A DNA stretch of 64,000 bases from Promethearchaeota archaeon (GTDB lineage Archaea; Asgardarchaeota; Lokiarchaeia; Sigyniarchaeales; SOKP01): NCBI GenBank assembly GCA_048939995.1, contig JBHLOY010000008.1:1-64000 (forward strand), given 5' to 3'. The position numbers were made by a program, and so were the translations under genes. Below, one piece after another: positions 8,675-16,778 of the stretch (positions are counted from its first letter, which is position 1; each line of letters starts with the position of its first letter). Below the pieces are notes generated by a model, which was not told the origin of the DNA, searched no databases, and was given only the letters and a program-made list of their open reading frames with translations.

Positions 8675-10792
8675 TTACTGAAGAATTTTCTTAATAAAGA
8701 TGTTAGTTATCAATGATTCCAGGGTTGGAATATCATTTAATTGAACAGAGGTACTCTTTATGAGAAATTTCTGTAAAGATTGCCAAATATTACTATCATT
8801 TTGTATGGAATCACTAAAACTTTTTATCTTAAATTGCGCAGAATACGAATACCCTTTAAAAATGTAACATATTAAAAATGGTTGAAGGGTGGTCATAAGA
8901 AGAGTATATTGACCAAAAACGGCCCTATCAAGTCCCTCAGAAAATGCTTCATTAATAAAGTAATGAATCGCAGTTAAAAAGCTCCCTAAGATATCATCTT
9001 CAAAGGTAAAATCAGATAAAAATTTTTTAGAGAATAGAAGATTACCACCTTCAGTTAAAATTAAAATCATTACAGGATCTTCTTCGGAATGCTCAGGCGA
9101 TTCAATCATCTGTCTGCTTACCATTTTTTCTATTTGTTCACTCAGACCAGCGAACTTCAAGCGTTCAGATAAAGATGCTTCTGATTCTTTTAATTTCTCC
9201 CATATTTTCATTTGTTTTAGTAATTCATCATGTTCATGTGATATTTGCATTGCTAATCGTTGTATCCCATACGATTCAGCTATCTTTTGAGCTTGAGTTA
9301 ATAATCGCCGGGCTCCTTTCATATCCAAATTTATTAAAGCAAGTTTGGCCTGTAAAAGATAAGTTTCTCCTAAGATCCAAATTGAGTGAGACTTTTCAGA
9401 TAAATATAATAATTGTTCAATGACAGGCTTGACTTCTTCTAATATTTCTAATTCATTAGTAATTTGGAAGTCAGTTAAGAGTAATTCACATAAATTAAGT
9501 AAGGCGATTAAACGATCTTCATAAAAAAACCTCTCATCTTTAAGAAGATTGGTTAATATTTCTTCAGCCATTCCGCGATCTCGAGCTCGGGAACTTGTTT
9601 TCAATACTAAAGCTTTATCAAGAAGATACAGAAAATTATGTCTACCAGGTGATTTGCGCTTTAATCGATGGTTTAATTGCTCAAAATCACGAAGAGAACT
9701 GCGTGCTCTTTCAAGATCATCTATATCAATCAAAATTGGAATTAAAATATCATAATTAAGAGCAAGCCAATAGGAAAATCCCGATTCACGGTTAAGTACC
9801 ATTGCTTGTTCTATACACTCTAATGCACGTTCCAAATCTCCTACCATATGATAACAGAAAGATACACTGGCAAAAGCATCTGCTATAGCCCATTTATAGT
9901 CAATTTCTTTGGACAGTTCTAAACTTTGCTCAAAAAATCTAATACTACGATTAAGTTCTCCTTTTATTGCAAAACTTTCCCCCAGAGTGGCAAGAACTCT
10001 TGCCTCCATAAATTTGTTCTTAATATCATGAAAATTTGCCAAGGATCGCTCACTAACCGTAATACGATGATCTACTTCACCTTTAACCCGATACAACAAT
10101 CCCATATAGTATAGAGTATGTCCAATAACCCCCTTATGACCACTTTCCTCTGCAAAGGTTAAAGCTCGTTTAAAATATTTCGAACTAAGTTCAACATTCT
10201 TTTTTAGACCTATAAATACACGAGCAATTGAATAAAGGGAGTGGGCAATTTCAGTCTTATTTCCAAGTTCTTCTCGTAATGATAAACTTAGCTCATACTG
10301 CTTTATTGCTTGATCAGAATCACGTTTTGCAAAATACAACATTCCTTTAAGCCAAGCTATATACGCTTTTCTCTGTTTGTATTCTGCTTCTACCAACTCT
10401 GATTTTAACGTTTTTAGTAATTCTGCTCCCTCTATAATAATCTTTTGAGCTTCATCTGTTGGATCTCCCTCTTTGATAATCTTTTGAGCTTCATCTATTT
10501 CATCAAGAGATAATAGAGCCTCAGCCATAATTAATAAGGAATCAACTGATAAAATGATTTTTCCTAGTTCTAAACTCTTTTTATATGTTTCTTCGGTAAT
10601 TTTTACAATCTCTTCATGTAAACCTCGTATAGATAGAAGTTCACATTTTAAGAGATGACAAGAGATCATATCATATTGAGAGTGTCCTGCTTCTTCTTCA
10701 AACCCCTTAATTAGTTGGCATGCTTCATCAAGCTCAAAATTATCAATGAGTTGCTTTACATGAACTAGTTTCTGAGGTTTTAAGTAAGACAC
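8675..10792 (-). CDS. TPR + longin-like protein (paralog 2)
   Basis: Multiple TPRs and the conserved C-terminal ILTEGG...EGLDRAVFG...FLICYIFKG module. Confidence 0.8.
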   Translation of the reverse strand: MSYLKPQKLVHVKQLIDNFELDEACQLIKGFEEEAGHSQYDMISCHLLKCELLSIRGLHEEIVKITEETYKKSLELGKIILSVDSLLIMAEALLSLDEIDEAQKIIKEGDPTDEAQKIIIEGAELLKTLKSELVEAEYKQRKAYIAWLKGMLYFAKRDSDQAIKQYELSLSLREELGNKTEIAHSLYSIARVFIGLKKNVELSSKYFKRALTFAEESGHKGVIGHTLYYMGLLYRVKGEVDHRITVSERSLANFHDIKNKFMEARVLATLGESFAIKGELNRSIRFFEQSLELSKEIDYKWAIADAFASVSFCYHMVGDLERALECIEQAMVLNRESGFSYWLALNYDILIPILIDIDDLERARSSLRDFEQLNHRLKRKSPGRHNFLYLLDKALVLKTSSRARDRGMAEEILTNLLKDERFFYEDRLIALLNLCELLLTDFQITNELEILEEVKPVIEQLLYLSEKSHSIWILGETYLLQAKLALINLDMKGARRLLTQAQKIAESYGIQRLAMQISHEHDELLKQMKIWEKLKESEASLSERLKFAGLSEQIEKMVSRQMIESPEHSEEDPVMILILTEGGNLLFSKKFLSDFTFEDDILGSFLTAIHYFINEAFSEGLDRAVFGQYTLLMTTLQPFLICYIFKGYSYSAQFKIKSFSDSIQNDSNIWQSLQKFLIKSTSVQLNDIPTLESLITNIFIKKILQ

Positions 10793-10949
10793 GAATATGC
10801 CCCTTAAATAATCACTTAAAGGACTTGCAATTTCACTTCAAATATAATTAAAATATTAAGTTTGTTATGATTTTAAATGTAATGAATTTCAAATTGAATT
10901 TATGGAACAAATTCGAACTGAATTAATAAATAATTTTTCTTAGATAATT

Positions 10950-10991
10950 CTACTAAAGAATTTTCTTAACAAAGATATCTATTTTCAACGA
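10950..10991 (-). pseudogene. 3' stub of a deleted TPR-longin paralog
   Basis: Translates SLKIDIFVKKIL** versus SLITNIFIKKILQ* of paralog 2. 33/42 nt identical to 8675-8716 by manual alignment. Confidence 0.55.
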
Positions 10992-11011
10992 TAAATTTAA
11001 AATTCAGCTTC

Positions 11012-11044
11012 AAAAAAAAAAAGGAGAGTTTGTTTTACTCTCTT
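11012..11044 (-). terminator. Hairpin plus U-tract after the secreted gene 11072-11617
   Basis: gagagt/actctc stem followed on the minus strand by an 11-T run. Confidence 0.55.
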
Positions 11045-11071
11045 TATTACTTTCTAAAGAACGTATGTTCT

Positions 11072-11617
11072 TTAATTTGGAATTAAGATTGTACCAGAAA
11101 GCCCATTTATTCCCCAATATGGATCGATGTCCCAGACTATACCAAAAAGCTTCATTCCTTCAAAATCTCCAGCACCTTGCAATATAAATTTACCATTGAG
11201 GGGTCCAACCCCTCCCGTGCCCTTAGCAATAACAGGTCCATAGAACGTTCCTACTAGTCCGTTCCATTCTATATACATTTTTACTTTCCCGATAGTTATA
11301 TATTCGAAAGTAGCTAGGTCCATTTTTACATGTAAATCTAATTCATTATGACCCGTAAATTCAATTCCGTCAATAGTTCCAAAAGTATCTGCAGCTTTAT
11401 AGACTCTCATATGTAGATACTTACCATCCCCCCACATTTCGTAAGGTGCCCAAATTGTTTGGTGTTCTTCACCTTCAAAAGTTAACCTAGTTGAACTCTG
11501 ATTATTCTCATTCGCTGTTACAAAAATACCTGCAAATCCAGTAATCATAGTAATCATTAAGATTGCGAGGATCATTAATTTTGGCACTAATTTTGTTCTA
11601 TTAATTTTCTTCACCAC
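11072..11617 (-). CDS. Secreted beta-rich protein of unknown function
   Basis: Basic N-region plus hydrophobic signal peptide (MVKKINRTKLVPKLMILAILMITMITGFAGIFVTA). Gly/aromatic beta-strand pattern. Confidence 0.75.
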   Translation of the reverse strand: MVKKINRTKLVPKLMILAILMITMITGFAGIFVTANENNQSSTRLTFEGEEHQTIWAPYEMWGDGKYLHMRVYKAADTFGTIDGIEFTGHNELDLHVKMDLATFEYITIGKVKMYIEWNGLVGTFYGPVIAKGTGGVGPLNGKFILQGAGDFEGMKLFGIVWDIDPYWGINGLSGTILIPN

Positions 11618-11635
11618 TTTTTTAATTTTAAATTT

Positions 11636-11756
11636 ATCATCTTTAAGATGATTAATTAAAGGTTGAGATATACTTGCATTTATAGTTAAGCTTTCGATAA
11701 TTTCTCAGAATTTCTGAAAAGAGATGAAAGTTTTGAAAAATAGATATAAATAGAAA
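11636..11756. promoter_or_regulatory. Divergent promoter cassette copy 1: 17-bp palindrome, TATA, spacer, opposite-strand TATA
   Basis: ATCATC-tttaa-GATGAT at 11636-11652, tttata at 11679-84, agctttcgataa, aaaaatagatataaatag. Conserved with copies at 15177 and 16611. Confidence 0.75.
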
Positions 11757-11798
11757 CATATCCAATTTATACCTATAAAACATATTATTCAATTCTCA

Positions 11799-13733
11799 TT
11801 GATTATCGGAAAAATGAATTATCCTTCAAAAGAGATTCTTAGCCCCTCGAAATTGAAAAGAAAGAATTATGAGCATCTTATCCTTTGGATGCTAGCCAAC
11901 AATAAAAGTTGTGAATGGTCTCACTTTGAACAAAAGCCTATTGAAATTCCTATATCAACAATATCACGCCATTTAACAAAATTAATCATGCAAGGATTTA
12001 TAGAAAAACTTGCTAGAGGCCATTACAAAATAACTCCAGAAGGGGAAAAAAGGTATCATGAGTTATCAAAAGAAAGGAAGAGGGAACGAAAGTTAAGTTA
12101 CCCTCCTGAAATAATCTTAAAAAGAGGGAGGATTTATCACCATTGGATTATATGGATGGTATACAATAATGGCTTTTGTAAAAGGTCTGATTTTCTTGAA
12201 AAACCATTGTCTATAAATCAATCATCTTTATCAAAAGTTCTCAGTTCATTAGTTCAAAAGGGATTTATCGTTAGAGAAAATAAAAGATATATAATTACTC
12301 AATCAGGTAAATCAGAATATTCACGGATTCTGCATAATTATGATCTGGACAGACAAACAATCCTAGAAGAGGAAAGAAAAAGAATTGATGAAATTACTAC
12401 AAAAACAGCACAGTTTTTTGATAAATTTAACGTAACTGATGATCTAGTTAAATTTAGATTTCTCAACAATGTATTAAAATTAGATTATTCAAAAGTTGAT
12501 ACAATCTTAAAAGATGACGAAGATTTTTATAAAATTTTACTATTTATTTCAATTAATCATCCGAATTTTTATCCTGATTATCTGTCTCTTGAAAAATTTT
12601 CGAGTTATTATGATATTAAAAAGAGAACACTTGATTTTTGGGTGAATGAGATTATAGAAAGTGACTTATATGACTTAAAGTTTTTTAAATTAGAAATCTC
12701 TCCTAATAAACATTATTATTTTCATTCAGATGAAAAATTAGAGAAGATACTTCGAGCGATTACTGAAGAACATATCGCAACAAACAAATATTTAGAAAAA
12801 TTTGGGAGATTTGGGGGCTTAAATTCCATTATTGATGATATTATCGAAGAACTTTGCCAAGCTGCATTCAATAAGCATTTCAGGGAATCATTGAGGGAAT
12901 TTTTACCAGGATATATAAAATATTTAGCATATAAAATTGAGACAAAAAAAGAGTTAAAAGAAATATATGATAAATTAGAAGGAATAATTTGGCAAAACAT
13001 GACAGAGATTATGCTATCACAGAATTCTGAAACTTTAGAATCTCAATATGAGGAAAAACTTAAAGAAATTGAAAAAGAAATCAAATTGGCCCCAATGGAT
13101 TATGAATTATATAATTCAAAAATACGAATTTTACTCTATTTTAACCAATACACAGATGTATTAAAGGTATTAGAGAAGATGATGAAGCTATTTCCCAAGA
13201 AAGAAATTGATCTTATGATAAAAAAGGCTTACACTCTTAAAAAAGAAAAAGACTTAGATGGAGGATTAGAGATTATTGAAGAATTACTCAAAAAATATCC
13301 AAAAGACAATACTCTTCATAGTTATAAAGCATATTGGTTATCTTACTTGGATCAAAAGCAAGAAGCATTGCAGATTCTTCGCAAACTCATCAAGAGTGAC
13401 CCAGAGAAAGGAATTTATCATGACACATACGGAGAAATCTTAATAAGTTTCAAAGAATATGAAGAAGCCATAGAAGAGTTCCAAAAAGCAATCGACTTTG
13501 ACTCTAATGCTTGGTTTATCAACCAGACTTATATCAAAATTGGAATTTGTTATGCAACACTTGAAAACATTGAATTAGCAATTCAAAATCTTAAGAAAGG
13601 AAAAGAGTTAACAAGCAAAATTGTGAGCGATTTGGAATCAAAAAATAAGTGGTTAGCAGTTGCAGACCTTTTTCTAGCAGATATAGAAGAACAAAGAGAT
13701 TTGTTATCTTCAAATTCATCTATTCAGAATTAG
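11799..13733 (+). CDS. Transcription regulator with tandem winged-HTH domains and C-terminal TPRs (paralog A)
   Basis: Two repeats of YPxE...ILWM..NN..C....F...P..I..STxSxxLxxLxxxGFI......YxITxxG, a third HTH-like segment, and TPRs (YHDTYGEILISFKEYEEAIEEFQKAI). Confidence 0.8.
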   Translation: MIIGKMNYPSKEILSPSKLKRKNYEHLILWMLANNKSCEWSHFEQKPIEIPISTISRHLTKLIMQGFIEKLARGHYKITPEGEKRYHELSKERKRERKLSYPPEIILKRGRIYHHWIIWMVYNNGFCKRSDFLEKPLSINQSSLSKVLSSLVQKGFIVRENKRYIITQSGKSEYSRILHNYDLDRQTILEEERKRIDEITTKTAQFFDKFNVTDDLVKFRFLNNVLKLDYSKVDTILKDDEDFYKILLFISINHPNFYPDYLSLEKFSSYYDIKKRTLDFWVNEIIESDLYDLKFFKLEISPNKHYYFHSDEKLEKILRAITEEHIATNKYLEKFGRFGGLNSIIDDIIEELCQAAFNKHFRESLREFLPGYIKYLAYKIETKKELKEIYDKLEGIIWQNMTEIMLSQNSETLESQYEEKLKEIEKEIKLAPMDYELYNSKIRILLYFNQYTDVLKVLEKMMKLFPKKEIDLMIKKAYTLKKEKDLDGGLEIIEELLKKYPKDNTLHSYKAYWLSYLDQKQEALQILRKLIKSDPEKGIYHDTYGEILISFKEYEEAIEEFQKAIDFDSNAWFINQTYIKIGICYATLENIELAIQNLKKGKELTSKIVSDLESKNKWLAVADLFLADIEEQRDLLSSNSSIQN

Positions 13734-14274
13734 ATAACTTTTTATATTTATAGTATAGTTTTTTAATAATTGCATTAAATGCTTCTATTACTCCCTGACC
13801 TGTTTTAGCAGAAGTAATATAATATCCAAGAAAATTATTTTCTTTTACTAATTCTTGAAGTTCACTTTCATTTAAGTCATTTTGATTAACCAAATCAACC
13901 TTATTAGCAAATATAACTACAGGAACAATACCACAATACTTTTTTAATTCATTGTACCAATTGGAAATATGATTAAAACTATCATTACCCAAGTCGTTTT
14001 CTTCGAGACTATATACAATAATAGCCGCCTTACTTTCCTTATAAAACAAAGGGTGTAAAAAATTGAAATCATCTTGTCCAGCGATATCCCAAAATATTAA
14101 ATTTATTAGATCTCCATCGATTTCCTTATCAAATCTCGAGAATTGAGCACCTATTGTCTTAACATAATCTTTCTCAAACGTTCCTAGGGTATATTTTTTG
14201 ATTAATGAGGTCTTACCGACCCCTCCATCACCAATTACGGATATCTTAAATCCAAATTCCGAAGAATTAGTCAT
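13720..14274 (-). CDS. Rab-like small GTPase (paralog of 8021-8596)
   Basis: GDGGVGKTS, TIGA, WDIAGQ, NKVD, TSAK. Overlaps the convergent regulator's 3' end by 14 nt. Confidence 0.92.
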   Translation of the reverse strand: MTNSSEFGFKISVIGDGGVGKTSLIKKYTLGTFEKDYVKTIGAQFSRFDKEIDGDLINLIFWDIAGQDDFNFLHPLFYKESKAAIIVYSLEENDLGNDSFNHISNWYNELKKYCGIVPVVIFANKVDLVNQNDLNESELQELVKENNFLGYYITSAKTGQGVIEAFNAIIKKLYYKYKKLSNSE

Positions 14275-14333
14275 TAATGTAAAATTAGGAACTGCATAAT
14301 ATAAAATTTTAGCTAAATGGATTTGAGATCCCT

Positions 14334-14405
14334 AAAAAAAGAAAAAAAAAAGGATATAGAATGGGATTATTGGTAATGTACTTTCAAATCCCATCAACTA
14401 TATCC
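14334..14405 (-). terminator. Long hairpin plus U-tract after the secreted gene 14441-15145
   Basis: Nested inverted repeats ggatatag/ctatatcc (14352-59/14398-405) and atgggatt/aatcccat (14361-68/14387-94), then a long T-run on the minus strand. Confidence 0.65.
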
Positions 14406-14440
14406 CGATTTAAAACCAACATGCCCTCTATTATGTACTT

Positions 14441-15145
14441 TTAGTGGAAAAAAACAATTTCAACTGGCCAAAATTGCTCAAGATCCGGGTAGTAATTAGG
14501 ATGACCGTCCTCAAAATCTTTATCAAGCAGTCCTACTTCATTCACTTTTACCTTAACTTCTTCATCAGGATCGAAACCATAGTAGAGTGCCATATTAGGA
14601 TCCAAAAATGTTCCTGTGCCTTTCCCTGTTATGTGTGAAAAAGTCCCTTCGCCTATAGGATCGATTAATGGATCACCCCAAGGGAAAGCCTCGGGGAACC
14701 ATATCTCAAGAAGATTTGGAACAGGATCTCCAAGTTCTCCATCATACAGAATTATTGTTACTTGGAAGATATAATCCATTTCTCCAATTACTAGAATTAC
14801 ATCTGAGGCGATAACCATCGTTGCTCCTTTTACATGTAAATTCACTTGATACATAATTCGTCCATCTTTCAAATCTTTTTCCAGAACAGAACCAGAGGGA
14901 TTGCAGTCAGCAATGCTTTCTAGAGCATCTGGAAATCCGAATACATACCATCCATGAGGGAAAATTGTTAATCCAGATTCAGGGTCTGCCCAAGCGGCGA
15001 TGTTATTATTGGTATCAGTGAAGTCAGAAATTGGCCTTGTTGTCGCGATAGCTAAAACTGAAGAAGAAAAGAAAATGAGTAGAAGTCCCATTGCAGCAAC
15101 TGTCGTCAAACTTGTTATTAATTTTGTCCTTCTCACTTTTATCAA
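14441..15145 (-). CDS. Secreted acidic protein of unknown function
   Basis: Signal peptide MIKVRRTKLITSLTTVAAMGLLLIFFSSSVLAIA, followed by an Asp/Glu-rich mature region. Confidence 0.75.
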   Translation of the reverse strand: MIKVRRTKLITSLTTVAAMGLLLIFFSSSVLAIATTRPISDFTDTNNNIAAWADPESGLTIFPHGWYVFGFPDALESIADCNPSGSVLEKDLKDGRIMYQVNLHVKGATMVIASDVILVIGEMDYIFQVTIILYDGELGDPVPNLLEIWFPEAFPWGDPLIDPIGEGTFSHITGKGTGTFLDPNMALYYGFDPDEEVKVKVNEVGLLDKDFEDGHPNYYPDLEQFWPVEIVFFH

Positions 15146-15176
15146 CTCTTTTTTTTTTAATTATAGATTAGATTTT

Positions 15177-15285
15177 ATCACCTAGATGGTGATCGATGAA
15201 GTCTTGGGATTTGCTTGTATTTATAATTCAGCTTCCGATAATTCCATAGAACTTCCTATTTTTAATGGAATAATGAAAAATACAA
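15177..15285. promoter_or_regulatory. Promoter cassette copy 2 (no adjacent regulator gene)
   Basis: ATCACC-tagat-GGTGAT at 15177-15193, tttata at 15220-25, agcttccgataattccatag. Confidence 0.75.
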
Positions 15286-15413
15286 CTCTATAATTTAAAA
15301 CATAATTCGAGTTATAGGTTTTTTTCGGCTTAATTCAGAAGAATTAATCAATAATGTAAAATTAGAAAAAAAAAGAAAAAAAAATTAATTTGAAATTTTT
15401 CCATTTTATACAT

Positions 15414-15824
15414 TTAGCTTCTCTGTTTGATATAAGCGATAAGTAGAAGAACTAAAATTGCGGACATTATAATAAGATCTAAAATGTTCTGAGAAATAGC
15501 TGTGGGAGTAAGTGTCGGAGCATATATCGCAAGAAGTGTGCCTTCAACGAGTAAGTTAATTGGTACCCATAATGATAAAACTTGATATGCCAGTTTAATC
15601 TTTTCCCAATCCAAATTCTTTTTAAGCAGTACTAAAAGCATGAAAATTACTACTACTAATAAGGCTCCACCAAACATTCTGGGATGATATGGATTTCCCC
15701 AGGTAGGCATATTAATGATTGCTAGGAAAACATCCAGAAAAAATATGACATATACCGCAAAGAATAAAGAAACTATACCGTACATTAAGATGGCAATTTT
15801 TGTAAATTTTTTAATTTCGGTCAT
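15414..15824 (-). CDS. Small 4-TM membrane protein
   Basis: Four hydrophobic segments; PYHPRMFGGAL motif. Confidence 0.75.
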   Translation of the reverse strand: MTEIKKFTKIAILMYGIVSLFFAVYVIFFLDVFLAIINMPTWGNPYHPRMFGGALLVVVIFMLLVLLKKNLDWEKIKLAYQVLSLWVPINLLVEGTLLAIYAPTLTPTAISQNILDLIIMSAILVLLLIAYIKQRS

Positions 15825-15853
15825 TTTTTTTCAACTTAATTGTTTTTAATTGT

Positions 15854-15870
15854 ATCATCAAATTGATGGT
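15854..15870. promoter_or_regulatory. Palindrome copy 3 upstream of the membrane-protein gene
   Basis: ATCATC-aaatt-GATGGT, 29 nt upstream of the ATG at 15824. Confidence 0.55.
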
Positions 15871-15936
15871 AATTGCGTTTTTAAAAAAAAAAGATTTTAG
15901 AATATATTTTTTATCTGTTACAGTTGGTTATGGAAC

Positions 15937-16566
15937 CTATATTTCCATATATTTTGTCAAATAAGTTACCACACCGACAGTCGGAATTCCACCAATCGTA
16001 AGTACGACAGTAGCCCATCCTCCTTGTGGCCAAATAAAAACTTCATTGGGATCTTCTAAAGTGTATTCACCTTTAGGGTTTATCAACATCCAAAAGGAAA
16101 ATGGGACGTATCGGCCTTTTGTATTTGGTAAAGTTATCATACCAACATCTCGAAAGTCTATCTCGATATTTGCATCTGTAGTTTTAAGTTTTCCCTCACC
16201 CATAATAAACCAAAGGTTAACCCACATGACCTCTCTTACTGTGCAATAATATTGAAAGCTATCGCTTATTACTAAAGCATCTTTAAGCTTTCCTTTCATC
16301 GAATAAATTTTCTTTCCTGATTCATCATATAGTTTTGTTTGGAATTCTATTTGTGCCACTGAAGGGACGCTAGAGTTATCAATTATTGCTATGATTGTAG
16401 TAGTAGCTCCAGCTATATCTCCGTCATCCCCTTTTGCTATGGCTAAGATGCGACTAGGGGTATACCCCGCGTTCACTGTTGAAACAATTGCAATGATAGT
16501 TAGTAAAAATGTTGCTGCGATCAGTGTTTTAGTCATTTTTGATTTCTTTTTCACTACTATTTTCAC
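15937..16566 (-). CDS. Secreted protein of unknown function
   Basis: Signal peptide KKKSKMTKTLIAATFLLTIIAIVSTVNA, followed by a beta-rich mature region. Confidence 0.75.
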   Translation of the reverse strand: MKIVVKKKSKMTKTLIAATFLLTIIAIVSTVNAGYTPSRILAIAKGDDGDIAGATTTIIAIIDNSSVPSVAQIEFQTKLYDESGKKIYSMKGKLKDALVISDSFQYYCTVREVMWVNLWFIMGEGKLKTTDANIEIDFRDVGMITLPNTKGRYVPFSFWMLINPKGEYTLEDPNEVFIWPQGGWATVVLTIGGIPTVGVVTYLTKYMEI

Positions 16567-16610
16567 CTCAAATATTTTTTTTATTCTAATCTTTTTTTTA
16601 ATTTAGTTTT

Positions 16611-16732
16611 ATCATCGTATTGATGATTAATTAAATTTTGAGAGATAGTTACCTTTATAATTGAGCTTCCGATAGTTCCATAGTAGTTCCGATTCCTAGT
16701 GGAAGTTCTAAAAAATAGATATAAATAGAAAA
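16611..16732. promoter_or_regulatory. Divergent promoter cassette copy 4
   Basis: ATCATC-gtatt-GATGAT at 16611-16627, tttata at 16654-59, agcttccgatagttccatag, aaaaatagatataaatag. Confidence 0.75.
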
Positions 16733-16778
16733 CAAACCGATCTATATTTTAGCAAATAATGGTTATTTTTCTCAAACA

